Assembly: GCA_045658225.1 (NCBI GenBank)
Contig: JAZOUO010000068.1
Location: forward strand, 4,509 to 68,508
Source: Eubacteriales bacterium
GTDB lineage: Bacteria; Bacillota; Clostridia; Oscillospirales; CAG-272
Direction of reading: 5' to 3'
DNA: 64,000 nucleotides
The position numbers were made by a program, and so were the translations under genes. This document shows positions 1 through 9,391 of the stretch, piece by piece. The notes under the pieces were generated by a model. That model was not told the origin of the DNA and made no database searches. It was given only the letters and a program-made list of their open reading frames with translations. The stretch's first letter is position 1. The number at the start of each line of letters is the position of its first letter.

Positions 1-1193
1 ACGTTGTAGCCGTATTCAATTTTGCCGCCCGTCTGCGAGAGCTTTGACATAAGCAGCTTTATAAGAGTGGACTTACCGCAGCCGTTAGGCCCTATAATGA
101 GAAGCCTGTCGTTCTTCTTGACGAGAAAATTCAAGTCCTCAAACAGTTTTTTGTCGCCAAATCCCATGGAGAGAGATTTGACACTTACAACGTCATTGCC
201 GCTTGCTAAAGACGAGGTAAATTTCATTCGTATTGCGCGCGGGGAATATTCAGGGGCGTCAAGTTTGTCCATTTTTTCAAGGAGCTTGAGGCGGGATTCT
301 GCGGCTATGATGTTGCGCTCTCTGTTCCACGCTCGCTGCTGGGCGATATATGCCTCCTGACGCGCTATCTCCTTTTGCTGATTTTTATAATGCTTTTCGT
401 ATATCTCGCGGTCGATACGGCGCTGCTCCATACTCTTTGTGTAGTTTCCGTTATAAAGCTTTGCCTTGTGGTTTTCAACAGCGAGAGTTTTATTAGTCAC
501 GCGGTCAAGAAAATATCTGTCGTGCGAAATAACCATAACGCATTTTTTGTACTGCGAGAGAAAGTTTTCGAGCCACGCAAGCGTTTCGATGTCAAGGTGG
601 TTTGTGGGCTCGTCGAGCATGAGTATATCGGGCTCGCGGCAGAGCTGGATTGCGAGAGCGAGACGTGTGCGCTGACCGCCCGACAAAAGCTTGACTGCTC
701 GCTTCATATCGCTGTCTGAAAATCCTAATTTTGAAAGTATTGACGCACAACGTCCGCGAAATTCAAGCCCTCCGTCGCGTATAAACTTTTCATGCAGAGC
801 CGTGTATTCCGACGTGTACGAGGAATGATTTTTATCCTCGGTGTTGCCCAGCAACACCTCAAGCTCCGAAAGTCTCTTTTCCACCGCCAAAAGTTCGGAA
901 AAGGCAGAATACATATGCTCAAGCGCGCTGTCGTTGTCGCTATAGAGTCCGTCGTCATCTGAAAACGCTCCGTACTGCGACAAAACTCCTACACTTTTGC
1001 CTTTGGATATATATACCTCTCCGTTGTTTGGTGTATATTCGCCCGTTATGAGCTTGAACAGCGAGGTTTTTCCGCTTCCGTTGACGCCGATTATACCGAG
1101 CTTGTCGTTTTCCTCAAGAGAGAACGAGACCTTGTCCAGAATAATTCTGTCACCAAAAGAAAGACAGAGATTGTTGACACTTATAGCTAACAT
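1..1193 (-). CDS. ABC-F family ATPase with tandem ABC domains; C-terminus cut by the window edge
   Basis: Absent from the ORF track because it runs off the edge. Reverse translation from ATG at 1193 gives MLAISVNNLCLSFGDRIILDKVSFSLEENDKLGIIGVNGSGKTSLFKLITGE (Walker A). It continues with LSGGQRTRLALAIQLCREPDILMLDEPTNHLD (signature plus Walker B, ~540-720) and a second Walker A, GPNGCGKSTLIKLL (~60-110). Confidence 0.85.
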   Translation of the reverse strand, partial: MLAISVNNLCLSFGDRIILDKVSFSLEENDKLGIIGVNGSGKTSLFKLITGEYTPNNGEVYISKGKSVGVLSQYGAFSDDDGLYSDNDSALEHMYSAFSELLAVEKRLSELEVLLGNTEDKNHSSYTSEYTALHEKFIRDGGLEFRGRCASILSKLGFSDSDMKRAVKLLSGGQRTRLALAIQLCREPDILMLDEPTNHLDIETLAWLENFLSQYKKCVMVISHDRYFLDRVTNKTLAVENHKAKLYNGNYTKSMEQRRIDREIYEKHYKNQQKEIARQEAYIAQQRAWNRERNIIAAESRLKLLEKMDKLDAPEYSPRAIRMKFTSSLASGNDVVSVKSLSMGFGDKKLFEDLNFLVKKNDRLLIIGPNGCGKSTLIKLLMSKLSQTGGKIEYGYN

Positions 1194-1211
1194 TAAGATA
1201 AGTCCTTTCTA

Positions 1212-1240
1212 TTGACTTTTTTCTTAAAATAATGTATAAT
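1212..1240 (+). promoter_or_regulatory. sigma-A-type promoter for gpsA
   Basis: TTGACT (1212-1217), 17-nt spacer, TATAAT (1235-1240), about 80 nt upstream of the gpsA start. Confidence 0.55.
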
Positions 1241-1321
1241 AAATACATATTGTGCAATGTATAGATATATTGTACACTAAATTCTGACTTTTTGCAAGTG
1301 CTTTTTGCACGGGAGGTTAAT

Positions 1322-2287
1322 TTGAAAATAAGTGTTATAGGCGCGGGCAGATGGGGCTCGCTTATTACTTGGTATCTTTCAGCAAAGAAGGGGTTTGACG
1401 TCACGCTCTACGGTCCTGCGAGCGCACCCGATATACAGAGATTTCAGCGCGAGCGCAGAAATGATTTGCTTGAGCTTCCCGAGACTGTAAAAATTTCCAC
1501 GGATATATCCTGCCTTTGCGGCGCGGACGTAATAGTTATCTCCATAAACTCGCAGGGGCTTGCGGGGCTTATGGAGGAAATAAAACCTCTTGGACTTAAA
1601 AACAAGACCTTCGTGCTTTGTATGAAGGGAATAGATATTGAAACGGGAAGGAGACTGTCCGAGGTGGTCACGGACGGAGTTGATACTTCCTGCGCGGTTG
1701 CCGTATGGATAGGTCCCGGACACGTTCAGGAGTTTTATGCGGGAGTGCCTAACTGTATGGTAATAGACAGCGAGAATAAAGAGGTTAAGAAATACCTTGT
1801 TGAGAATTTTTCCAGTAATCTTATACGTTTTTACTACGGTGACGACCTTATAGGAAATGAGATAGGCGCGGCGGCAAAGAACGTTATCGGAATTGCTGCG
1901 GGAATGCTTGACGGACTTGGACTTTCCTCTCTTAAGGGTGCATTGATGTCAAGAGGAGCTCGCGAGGTCTCCAGACTTATCGCAAAAATGGGAGGAAATG
2001 AGCTTTCGGCATACGGTCTCTGTCATCTTGGCGACTACGAAGCGACTGTATTCTCAAAGCACAGCCACAACAGAATGTACGGCGAGATGCTTGTTGTGGG
2101 CGAAAAATACGACAAGCTCGCGGAGGGATATTACACCGCAAAGGCTATAATGAAGCTTGCGGACAGATACGGAGTTGATATGCCTATATGTCATGCGGTA
2201 TATACTGTACTTTATGATGGTATCGAGCCAAAGGCTGCGATACAAGATCTTTTCGAGAGAAGTCTTAAGCCCGAATTCTATAACTAA
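1322..2287 (+). CDS. gpsA: NAD(P)H-dependent glycerol-3-phosphate dehydrogenase
   Basis: N-terminal Rossmann motif KISVIGAGRWGS and overall GpsA-like sequence. The TTG at 1322 follows GGGAGG (1311-1316) and is a more likely start than the track start at 1292. Confidence 0.85.
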   Translation: MKISVIGAGRWGSLITWYLSAKKGFDVTLYGPASAPDIQRFQRERRNDLLELPETVKISTDISCLCGADVIVISINSQGLAGLMEEIKPLGLKNKTFVLCMKGIDIETGRRLSEVVTDGVDTSCAVAVWIGPGHVQEFYAGVPNCMVIDSENKEVKKYLVENFSSNLIRFYYGDDLIGNEIGAAAKNVIGIAAGMLDGLGLSSLKGALMSRGAREVSRLIAKMGGNELSAYGLCHLGDYEATVFSKHSHNRMYGEMLVVGEKYDKLAEGYYTAKAIMKLADRYGVDMPICHAVYTVLYDGIEPKAAIQDLFERSLKPEFYN

Positions 2288-2291
2288 AATT

Positions 2292-2320
2292 AAAATCAGG
2301 CGGTTTTACCGCCTGATTTT
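2292..2320. terminator. bidirectional intrinsic terminator between convergent gpsA and the CHAP gene
   Basis: Hairpin aaaatcaggcgg-tttta-ccgcctgatttt, flanked by an A-run and a T-run. Confidence 0.75.
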
Positions 2321-2323
2321 TTA

Positions 2324-3541
2324 TCAATATTTTTTCTTTTTCAATATAAAAGCACTTGAGACAAGCAGACAAATTAAAGTCATCACTGAGTTGATATACA
2401 AAAAAGAATTGCATCCTCTTGATGATGTATGCGGTTGAGTAGGAATTTCTCCGATATCCTCGGGAATATGAAGCTCGGAGGTGGTCGCGGCAGTCTGTAT
2501 AGTCTGTCCCGTGCCCTTGATATATCCAGTTATCTTTTGTCCACCTATTACACACTCGATATAAAATATTCCGTTCTCATATACCTTGCTTGCAGAAAGC
2601 ATTGAATACATTGGCAGAGTTGCCTTTGATATTTTTGAGTCTCCCGCAACTGCGGCGTCCTTGGTTTCAAACACCGCTATATCTACTCTTGACATATACG
2701 TGCCTGTTGTAAAGGTTTTGCCCGAGTAGTCTATTTTTTGCACGGACGTGTCAGTCTTATAAGGCATATCAGCATATCCCGTTATCTTAGTGTCCAGGAT
2801 ACTGTACGCTTTTATGTAAACTCCGTCGCCGTCGGTTTCAAGTCCATCTTGCACACGAGTGTTGCCCTCAATGGTGTATATCATATCGTTTTCTATATAA
2901 AGAACGATTCCTATATGGGACGCTGTTTTGAAGGGGTTGTCTGTAAAGAATATAAGATCTCCAGGGGAGGGAATATATTCGGGATCATAGGATTCCGAAA
3001 GCTTTTGGGAGTTTGTGCTTTGGTGGGCTATAGAGGTCTTAAAAAAACCTGCACCTTTGAGTGCGACACGCCATTTTTCGCATCCAAGCTCACGCCAGAT
3101 GTATTTGGAATCATTTGGATGATCTCTGCACCAGTCCTTGAGAGTGTTGAGGTCATGACAGCCTGCCTGTAAAAGACAGAATGACACAAAAGCCGCGCAC
3201 CAGTGGTATCCGTATCCCGAGCTGAAATCTCCAAAATTGTAGTTGTATTCCGAAAAATTTCCGTTGCCTGAGCTCAGTCCGCCAAGCTCGCCGAGCGAGT
3301 TGCCTTCTTTGTATCCAAGTTGAGAGAGCGCTATTGCTATAACGTCTGTAGGCTCATCACCTGTCAGCGGCGTGTCGGTAAGATACGTGTAATATTTGCT
3401 TTTTGCATAGGATTCAGACACGGGAGTGTTGCCGTCTGTACCCGCAACAACGTATTCTGCGGAGGATATTGCAATGCAAAAGCAGGGAACAACCAAGCAA
3501 ACCGCCAAAATAAGCGCGGCGATTTTCAAAATATGCTTCAC
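2324..3541 (-). CDS. secreted CHAP / NlpC-P60-like cell-wall hydrolase with a C-terminal hydrophobic anchor
   Basis: Signal peptide MKHILKIAALILAVCLVVPCFCIAISSA. Cys and His catalytic-type motifs HWCAAFVSFCL and ASHIGIVLY...TIEGNT. C-terminal hydrophobic segment SFLYINSVMTLICLLVSSAFIL followed by KKKKY. Confidence 0.65.
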   Translation of the reverse strand: MKHILKIAALILAVCLVVPCFCIAISSAEYVVAGTDGNTPVSESYAKSKYYTYLTDTPLTGDEPTDVIAIALSQLGYKEGNSLGELGGLSSGNGNFSEYNYNFGDFSSGYGYHWCAAFVSFCLLQAGCHDLNTLKDWCRDHPNDSKYIWRELGCEKWRVALKGAGFFKTSIAHQSTNSQKLSESYDPEYIPSPGDLIFFTDNPFKTASHIGIVLYIENDMIYTIEGNTRVQDGLETDGDGVYIKAYSILDTKITGYADMPYKTDTSVQKIDYSGKTFTTGTYMSRVDIAVFETKDAAVAGDSKISKATLPMYSMLSASKVYENGIFYIECVIGGQKITGYIKGTGQTIQTAATTSELHIPEDIGEIPTQPHTSSRGCNSFLYINSVMTLICLLVSSAFILKKKKY

Positions 3542-3576
3542 AATATACCTCCTTTACTGTTTTTTATAAATGAATA

Positions 3577-4209
3577 TCAGTTTTCCCAGAGCTTAAGTAC
3601 TGCGGACAGCACCGCCTCGGAAATTTCCTCAACGCTTCCTGCGGCGTTGATACATACTATGTTTTCACCCTTGTTTTTGAGTAGGTCTATCACGTTTATA
3701 AACGTCTTGCGCGTTTTGTCAAGATATTCGTAGGTTTCGAATATCTCCGTGCTTACGTGACGGGCGTTGATCCTCTCCAGACTCTGTGCAGGCTCAAGAT
3801 CAAGGAATATGCACAGGTCGGGACGGCGGATGTCGGGATTTTCGAGGTTGAGCTCCATAACTCTCGGGAGTCCTATCTGCACGCCCTGATAAGCTAGAGA
3901 CGAGTAATAATATCTGTCGCTTATGGGACAGATACCTGCCTCGAGCAGTGCGTTTATGCCGTCGTTTTCTCTTGTGTTATGGTGGGCTCTGTCGTTTGCG
4001 AACATCACGGCAAGCTGATCGTCCGTGACCTTAACTCTGCCCGAAAGCACCTCACGTATGGCGAGTCCCGACGGATATTTTGTGGGCTCGGCGGAGACGT
4101 GAGTTTTTATTCCGCGCTCTGCGAGATTTTTTGAGAGGAGCTGAATCTGTGTGGATTTGCCCGCGCCGTCAATACCCTCAAAGACTATAAATTTTGCAGT
4201 GTTTTTCAT
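3577..4209 (-). CDS. tmk: thymidylate (dTMP) kinase
   Basis: P-loop FIVFEGIDGAGKSTQ, DRY-type motif SDRYYYSSLAYQ, and a length of 210 aa. Confidence 0.9.
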   Translation of the reverse strand: MKNTAKFIVFEGIDGAGKSTQIQLLSKNLAERGIKTHVSAEPTKYPSGLAIREVLSGRVKVTDDQLAVMFANDRAHHNTRENDGINALLEAGICPISDRYYYSSLAYQGVQIGLPRVMELNLENPDIRRPDLCIFLDLEPAQSLERINARHVSTEIFETYEYLDKTRKTFINVIDLLKNKGENIVCINAAGSVEEISEAVLSAVLKLWEN

Positions 4210-4237
4210 GTTTTTATCTTTCTATTTGTATTTGCTC

Positions 4238-5755
4238 TTATTTTTCAAGCCATACGGACGGAGAGAAAAGAAGGAGCATGGGGAAAAGCTCAAGTCTGCC
4301 GAAAAGCATATCAAATGAAAGCACCAGCTTCGACGCGTAGGAGAGTGAAGCGAAGTTGCTTGTAGGGCCTACGTCACCAAGACCAGGACCTATATTATTT
4401 ATACATGCGGCAACTGCCGAGAACGTAGTCTCAATGCTTCTGCCGTCAAATATTGCTACTAAAAGGAACGAGCCGAAGAATATAAATGCGTATGTAATCA
4501 TAAAGGCAAAAACGCCTCTTTGAGTGTCCTTGTCAACTGTCTTTCCTTCAAAGTGCACCGCCTTAACGCGGCGGGGATGTATCATATGACGCACTTCTGC
4601 CATAGTGCTCTTGAGGGCTATTACGAGTCGGCTTATCTTTATGCCGCCGCCCGTTGATCCCGCGCACGCGCCGATGAACATTATTATCAGAAGCACGGTC
4701 TTTGAGAGATTGCCCCACAGATTAAAGTCATCCGAGGCAAAGCCCGTGGTGGAGATTATGGTGGATACCTGGAAAACCGAGTGTCGCAGAGTGTCTGCAA
4801 TATTTCCAAATCGCTCAAACGTATCAAAGGCGATGAATGCGGTAGCACCGACAACAACACCAACAAACCAGCGAAGCTCCTCGGAGAACAGAGCGGAAAG
4901 AGCCTTGCCCGTGATGATAAGGTAATAAAGGTTGAAATTGATCGCGAAAAGCAACATGAATACAGATAGCACCCAAATGCAGTATTCGGGATGAGCGACA
5001 GTGCCGCCAAACGAAACCATGCTGTCGGGCCAAATAGAGAAGCCTCCAGTGCCTGCGGTTGAGAAGGCCGTAGTCAGCGCCTCGTAAAGATCCATGCCAC
5101 CGAAAAGCAGGAGAGCGGTACAGACAAGCGTCATTACAATATAAATGCCGTACATTATGCCTGCGGTCTTTTTAATTGTGGGAACAATTTTATCGACCTT
5201 CGGACCGGGCATTTCCGCACGCATGACGTGAACAAGACGCGAGGACTTCATATCCTGCTGAGGCATTACCGCTAGTACGAATACAAGCACTCCCATACCG
5301 CCTATCCAGTTTGTAAAGCTACGCCAGAAGAATACACCTCTCATTCCCATCATAGCAGATTCCGAGCTCAACTCAGGTGTCCAGAGCTTTGCGAATGCGT
5401 CTGCACCGAGCACGCTTGAGCCCGTCGTGGAAAATCCTGAAGCAGTCTCAAAGAACGCGTCGATATAATTAGGGATAAGCCCCGAAATTACAAAAGGAAG
5501 CGCACCGAAAAGAGACAGGACTATCCAGGACAATCCTACCGTTATGAAGCCCTCTTTGACTCCAAGGGTCTTGTCCGCGGGCTTGAATATTACCATCAGC
5601 GCGCCCAGAACAAGCAGGGCAGATATGGGAATGACGAAAGCCCAAATATTCAGAAATTCACCGTATATAAGCGATACAGTCAAAGGGAGCAGCATAAGCG
5701 CGCCCTCTGCAAGTAAGAGCTGACCGGTGATATACCGTATCATTTTGAAATTCAT
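4238..5755 (-). CDS. trkH: TrkH/KtrB-family potassium uptake membrane protein
   Basis: 505-aa polytopic membrane protein with repeated selectivity-filter-like TGGFS/STGGG segments. It lies directly downstream of trkA. Confidence 0.85.
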   Translation of the reverse strand: MNFKMIRYITGQLLLAEGALMLLPLTVSLIYGEFLNIWAFVIPISALLVLGALMVIFKPADKTLGVKEGFITVGLSWIVLSLFGALPFVISGLIPNYIDAFFETASGFSTTGSSVLGADAFAKLWTPELSSESAMMGMRGVFFWRSFTNWIGGMGVLVFVLAVMPQQDMKSSRLVHVMRAEMPGPKVDKIVPTIKKTAGIMYGIYIVMTLVCTALLLFGGMDLYEALTTAFSTAGTGGFSIWPDSMVSFGGTVAHPEYCIWVLSVFMLLFAINFNLYYLIITGKALSALFSEELRWFVGVVVGATAFIAFDTFERFGNIADTLRHSVFQVSTIISTTGFASDDFNLWGNLSKTVLLIIMFIGACAGSTGGGIKISRLVIALKSTMAEVRHMIHPRRVKAVHFEGKTVDKDTQRGVFAFMITYAFIFFGSFLLVAIFDGRSIETTFSAVAACINNIGPGLGDVGPTSNFASLSYASKLVLSFDMLFGRLELFPMLLLFSPSVWLEK

Positions 5756-5764
5756 ATTTTACCC

Positions 5765-7132
5765 TCACAAAAGAATATCTTCGAGCGTATACAAGCGATC
5801 CTTGGCGGTGACAACTACTACACTGTCTCCCACCTCAAGGGTCGTCTGTCCGTTGGGGTATAGGACGTCTCCGCCGCGTATGATTGCCGCGACAAGAAGA
5901 TTTCTTTTGAGCTTCAAGTCCTTGAGCTGTATGCCCGTCTGACTGAAGTCGCCGCCGACGTCGAATTCCAATGCCTCGACCTTGTTATCCGCAAGCTTGT
6001 AGAGGGTTTTTATGGTGCTTTGAGATGCGTTGCTCTTGAGATTTGCAAGACCGCGGACGTATCTTATTACGTGGGTTGCGGTTATGTATTTAGGATTGAT
6101 ATCCGAGTCAATTCCCGCGGCTTCGGAAAGCTTTCCAAAGGACTGTGCAGTAACTCGGGCTATTACCTTGTCAACGCCGTGATTTTTTGCGAACATAGAT
6201 ATGATGATATTGTTCTTGTCATCAGATGTCATAGCTACGCAAGCATCGGCAGAGTCGATACCCTCCTCGACTAAAAGATCGGGGTCTGCGGCGTCTCCGC
6301 AGATTATCTCTGCCTTAGGGAAGAGGTCGGCGAGCTCGCGGCATACCTCTTCGTCACGCTCAATTATTGTCACACGGAAGCCGCCTGACGAGAGCATATT
6401 GGCGAGATATCTTGAAATACTGTTGCCGCCAATTATAAACACGCCCTTGATTTTTTTGACGAATATTCCAAGCTTTACAAAAAAGTCGGATATATCCTTA
6501 CGGGATGCTGTCATTGAGATATAGTCTCCCTCGCGAATGATATAATCACCACCCGGGATGACTACCTCGTCGCCGTGTCTGACGGCGCAGATGAGGACGT
6601 TTGTGGAATATTTTGAACGAAGCTCCATAAGCTTTTGGCCTACAAGGGGATGGTCATCGTCGATATAAATGTCAAGTACCTCAACGCGTCCCTTGGCAAA
6701 CTTATCAAGCTTCATAGCGACAGGGAAGCGGATGATTCTCGCCGCCTCGCGCGCCGCCTCGTATTCGGGGTTAACAATGAGGTCTATTCCAAGCTCCTCG
6801 CACATATAATTCCTTTGCTTTAAGTACTGAGGATTGCGGACTCTTGCTATTGCGTGAGCTGCACCGAGACGCTTTCCTATCATACAGCAGAGCAGGTTGA
6901 GCTCGTCCTCGGTAGCTACCGATATGATCACATCGCAATTCTGCACACCGGCCTCTCGCTGAATATCAACGGAAGCTCCGTTGCCTACCACCCCGAAAAC
7001 GTCGTATTTATTAACTACTTCATCAATAAGGGAGGGATTTTCGTCAATTACTGTGACATTGTGCCCCTCTGCACATATGGAAGATATCAAGGTGTCGCCA
7101 ACAACACCGTTTCCAATAACAACTATTTGCAT
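5765..7132 (-). CDS. trkA: Trk system potassium uptake protein TrkA (two RCK/NAD-binding halves)
   Basis: Duplicated Rossmann starts MQIVVIGNGVVG and VFIIGGNSISR. Length is 455 aa, and it sits in an operon with trkH. Confidence 0.9.
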   Translation of the reverse strand: MQIVVIGNGVVGDTLISSICAEGHNVTVIDENPSLIDEVVNKYDVFGVVGNGASVDIQREAGVQNCDVIISVATEDELNLLCCMIGKRLGAAHAIARVRNPQYLKQRNYMCEELGIDLIVNPEYEAAREAARIIRFPVAMKLDKFAKGRVEVLDIYIDDDHPLVGQKLMELRSKYSTNVLICAVRHGDEVVIPGGDYIIREGDYISMTASRKDISDFFVKLGIFVKKIKGVFIIGGNSISRYLANMLSSGGFRVTIIERDEEVCRELADLFPKAEIICGDAADPDLLVEEGIDSADACVAMTSDDKNNIIISMFAKNHGVDKVIARVTAQSFGKLSEAAGIDSDINPKYITATHVIRYVRGLANLKSNASQSTIKTLYKLADNKVEALEFDVGGDFSQTGIQLKDLKLKRNLLVAAIIRGGDVLYPNGQTTLEVGDSVVVVTAKDRLYTLEDILL

Positions 7133-7308
7133 AGTGCTCTCCGATTGTCTTGTGATTGTTTTTCATAACTGCAAAGAACTGCAACAAAAAACAGTTTCGC
7201 ATTCTAATATATTATACCACAAACCCCAATTTATTGCAATAGATTTTACAATATTTAATATTATGCACAGTGATTTTATTACGCAAAAGACATTTATGTC
7301 TAAACAGA

Positions 7309-7385
7309 AAAAGAACGATCAGAATTGCCGTTCTTTTTAATAATCTCTAAAACAATTGGGGAGGAGCGTTGCTCCTCCCCAATTG
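7309..7385 (-). terminator. two tandem terminator hairpins after fucI
   Basis: caattggggaggagc-gtt-gctcctccccaattg (7353-7385) and aagaacg-N11-cgttctt followed by a T-run (7311-7339). Confidence 0.7.
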
Positions 7386-7395
7386 AAGTATTATA

Positions 7396-9225
7396 TTATT
7401 TGTACATGGGACCATAGGTCGCGCAAGCGCGGTAGTCCTGACCTTCCTTATCCATACCAAATGCATTCCAAGCAGCGGGACGGTAGATGTCGTCCTCGGG
7501 AACGTTGTGCATGCAAACGGGGATGCGGAGCATAGAGCACATAGTAATAAGGTCTGCGCCTATGTGACCGTAGGAAATAGCGCCGTGGTTAGCGCCCCAG
7601 TTCATCATAACCTCATAAGCGGTCTTGAAGGGAGAACCTTCCTTGCCGTCGCAACGAGGAGCGAACCAAGTGCAGGGCCATGTGGGGTTAGTTCTTTCCA
7701 TAAGTGTATCCGAAACTTCGTCGGGAAGGTTTACAGTCCAACCCTCCGCGATCTGAAGAACGGGACCGAGACCCTTAACGAGATTCATACGAATCATAGT
7801 GCAGGGCATTTCTGCCTTGGTTGTGTAGTGGCTGGAGAATCCGCCGCCGCGGAAGTTATCCTGACCTGCTTCGCACCAAACGGTAGCTTCGGTCATCTTC
7901 TTGATATCCTCGTCGGTGACTTCCCACCATCTCTTCATGGTAGCGTTGCCGTTTTCATCGGTGCAAACGCCGGAAGCGTCAAGACAAGCAGCACCGGAGT
8001 TGAGAAGGTGAATAATACCGTTGGACTCGGCTGCCTTGCCTTCAAGCTTGTAGCCCGTGACTCTTTCGGTAGCCTCACCCGACCAATATGTACGAACGTC
8101 AGCAAATATCTGAGCTCTGTGTGTAAGCAATCTCATCATAAGCATGCTCATGCCGTTGAGAATGTCGTTCTCGGTTGCGAGAGTGTAAGGCTCACGAGCG
8201 CCCTCATAGTCAAACGTAGAGGAGAGAAGAGCCTCGGGGTAGTCACAGTTGGGCCAGTGGTCTGTCCACTGTCTCTGACCCTGGAAACCGCCTGCGATTG
8301 CGTTGTGTCCAACCTTTTCTTCCTCGAACTTGTCGGAAAGACGGGGGTTGCCTGCCATAAGGTCCTTGATTATACAGTACATCTTAACAGTGAACTCCCA
8401 CTGCTTTTCCTTTTCTTCGGGAGTGAACTTGATGCGAACCTTCTCGCCGAGAAAATCAACCTCTTCGGGATTGTCATCTCTGCCTTCCTTGCAGTGTTCC
8501 TTAGTCCAAGCAAGAGCCTTCTGGTAGTCCTCTTCACAGTAGATTCCTTCTTCCATTCTACGAAGGATCTCAACCTCGTCAACGGACTCAACTCTCATGC
8601 CAAAGTATTCCTCAAGCATAGCCTGATCCATGATAGAGCCTGCAATACCCATGCACTGCGAGCCGATCTGGAGATAGGACTTGCCTCTCATTGTTGCAAC
8701 AGCAACAGCTGCGCGACCGAAGCGGAGAAGCTTTTCTTTAACGTCCTCAGGCATCTGTGTGACCTGATCTCTATCCTGTACTTCATGTCCGTAGATACCG
8801 AATGCGGGGAGACCCTTCTGAGCATGACCCGCAAGCACTGCTGCAAGGTAAACTGCACCGGGACGCTCTGTGCCGTTAAAGCCCCAAACGCCCTTGATTG
8901 TGTGGGGATCCATATCCATTGTCTCGGAGCCGTAGCACCAGCAGGGAGTTACGGAGAGAGTGATGGAAACGCTTTCCTTCTTAAACTTATTAGCGCAAGC
9001 AGCGGCCTCGGGAACGCGACCTATACATGTGTCTGCCATAACTACACGAACGGGCTCGCCGTTGGAGTAGAAAAGATTTTCCTCAAAGAGCTTTTTAGCA
9101 GCTTCAGCCATAGCCCAAACGAGGGGCTCAAGGGATTCACGCATCATCTGGGGTCCGCGTCTGCCGTCAACTATAGGACGGATACCGATTACGGGATAAT
9201 CGCCAACGTATCTGTTCTGTGCCAT
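7396..9225 (-). CDS. fucI: L-fucose isomerase
   Basis: 609 aa, collinear with E. coli FucI as I remember it: IGIRPxxDGRR, TPCWCYGSETMDMDP, WGFNGTERPGAVYLAA, FADVRTYWS, GPVLQIAEGW, WGANHG and RIPVCMHNV. Confidence 0.95.
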   Translation of the reverse strand: MAQNRYVGDYPVIGIRPIVDGRRGPQMMRESLEPLVWAMAEAAKKLFEENLFYSNGEPVRVVMADTCIGRVPEAAACANKFKKESVSITLSVTPCWCYGSETMDMDPHTIKGVWGFNGTERPGAVYLAAVLAGHAQKGLPAFGIYGHEVQDRDQVTQMPEDVKEKLLRFGRAAVAVATMRGKSYLQIGSQCMGIAGSIMDQAMLEEYFGMRVESVDEVEILRRMEEGIYCEEDYQKALAWTKEHCKEGRDDNPEEVDFLGEKVRIKFTPEEKEKQWEFTVKMYCIIKDLMAGNPRLSDKFEEEKVGHNAIAGGFQGQRQWTDHWPNCDYPEALLSSTFDYEGAREPYTLATENDILNGMSMLMMRLLTHRAQIFADVRTYWSGEATERVTGYKLEGKAAESNGIIHLLNSGAACLDASGVCTDENGNATMKRWWEVTDEDIKKMTEATVWCEAGQDNFRGGGFSSHYTTKAEMPCTMIRMNLVKGLGPVLQIAEGWTVNLPDEVSDTLMERTNPTWPCTWFAPRCDGKEGSPFKTAYEVMMNWGANHGAISYGHIGADLITMCSMLRIPVCMHNVPEDDIYRPAAWNAFGMDKEGQDYRACATYGPMYK

Positions 9226-9314
9226 AATAATTCCTCCAATTTATATAGTCTTTATAGGTTTCGATTTTAGTGATTTTAAATTTAATTAATTTCAGAGTAG
9301 CCACTCTACTTCAA

Positions 9315-9344
9315 AGTCCCTCCCTGCCAAAACAGGGAGGGACT
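9315..9344 (-). terminator. hairpin or partial terminator between the ABC binding-protein gene and fucI
   Basis: agtccctccctg-ccaaaa-cagggagggact. On the minus strand it is followed only by a short T-run (tttgaag). Confidence 0.5.
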
Positions 9345-9391
9345 CTGATAATTTAATTATTCAGTTTTTACTGTATAATTGAGCTTAAATA

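Noticed and set aside
7133-7308. Possible c-di-AMP (ydaO-type) riboswitch in front of trkA-trkH
   Set aside because: The leader after the TTGCAA-17-TATAAT promoter is only ~85 nt. It lacks the pseudo-twofold ACGGGG/CCCG-type conserved blocks and has no terminator.
7507-9270. 587-aa ORF on the plus strand
   Set aside because: It is entirely antisense to the very well supported fucI gene. The sequence is low-complexity and Cys/Ser/Leu-rich, with no RBS and no recognisable motifs. Long open antisense frames follow from this genome's codon usage, which avoids TTA, CTA and TCA codons.
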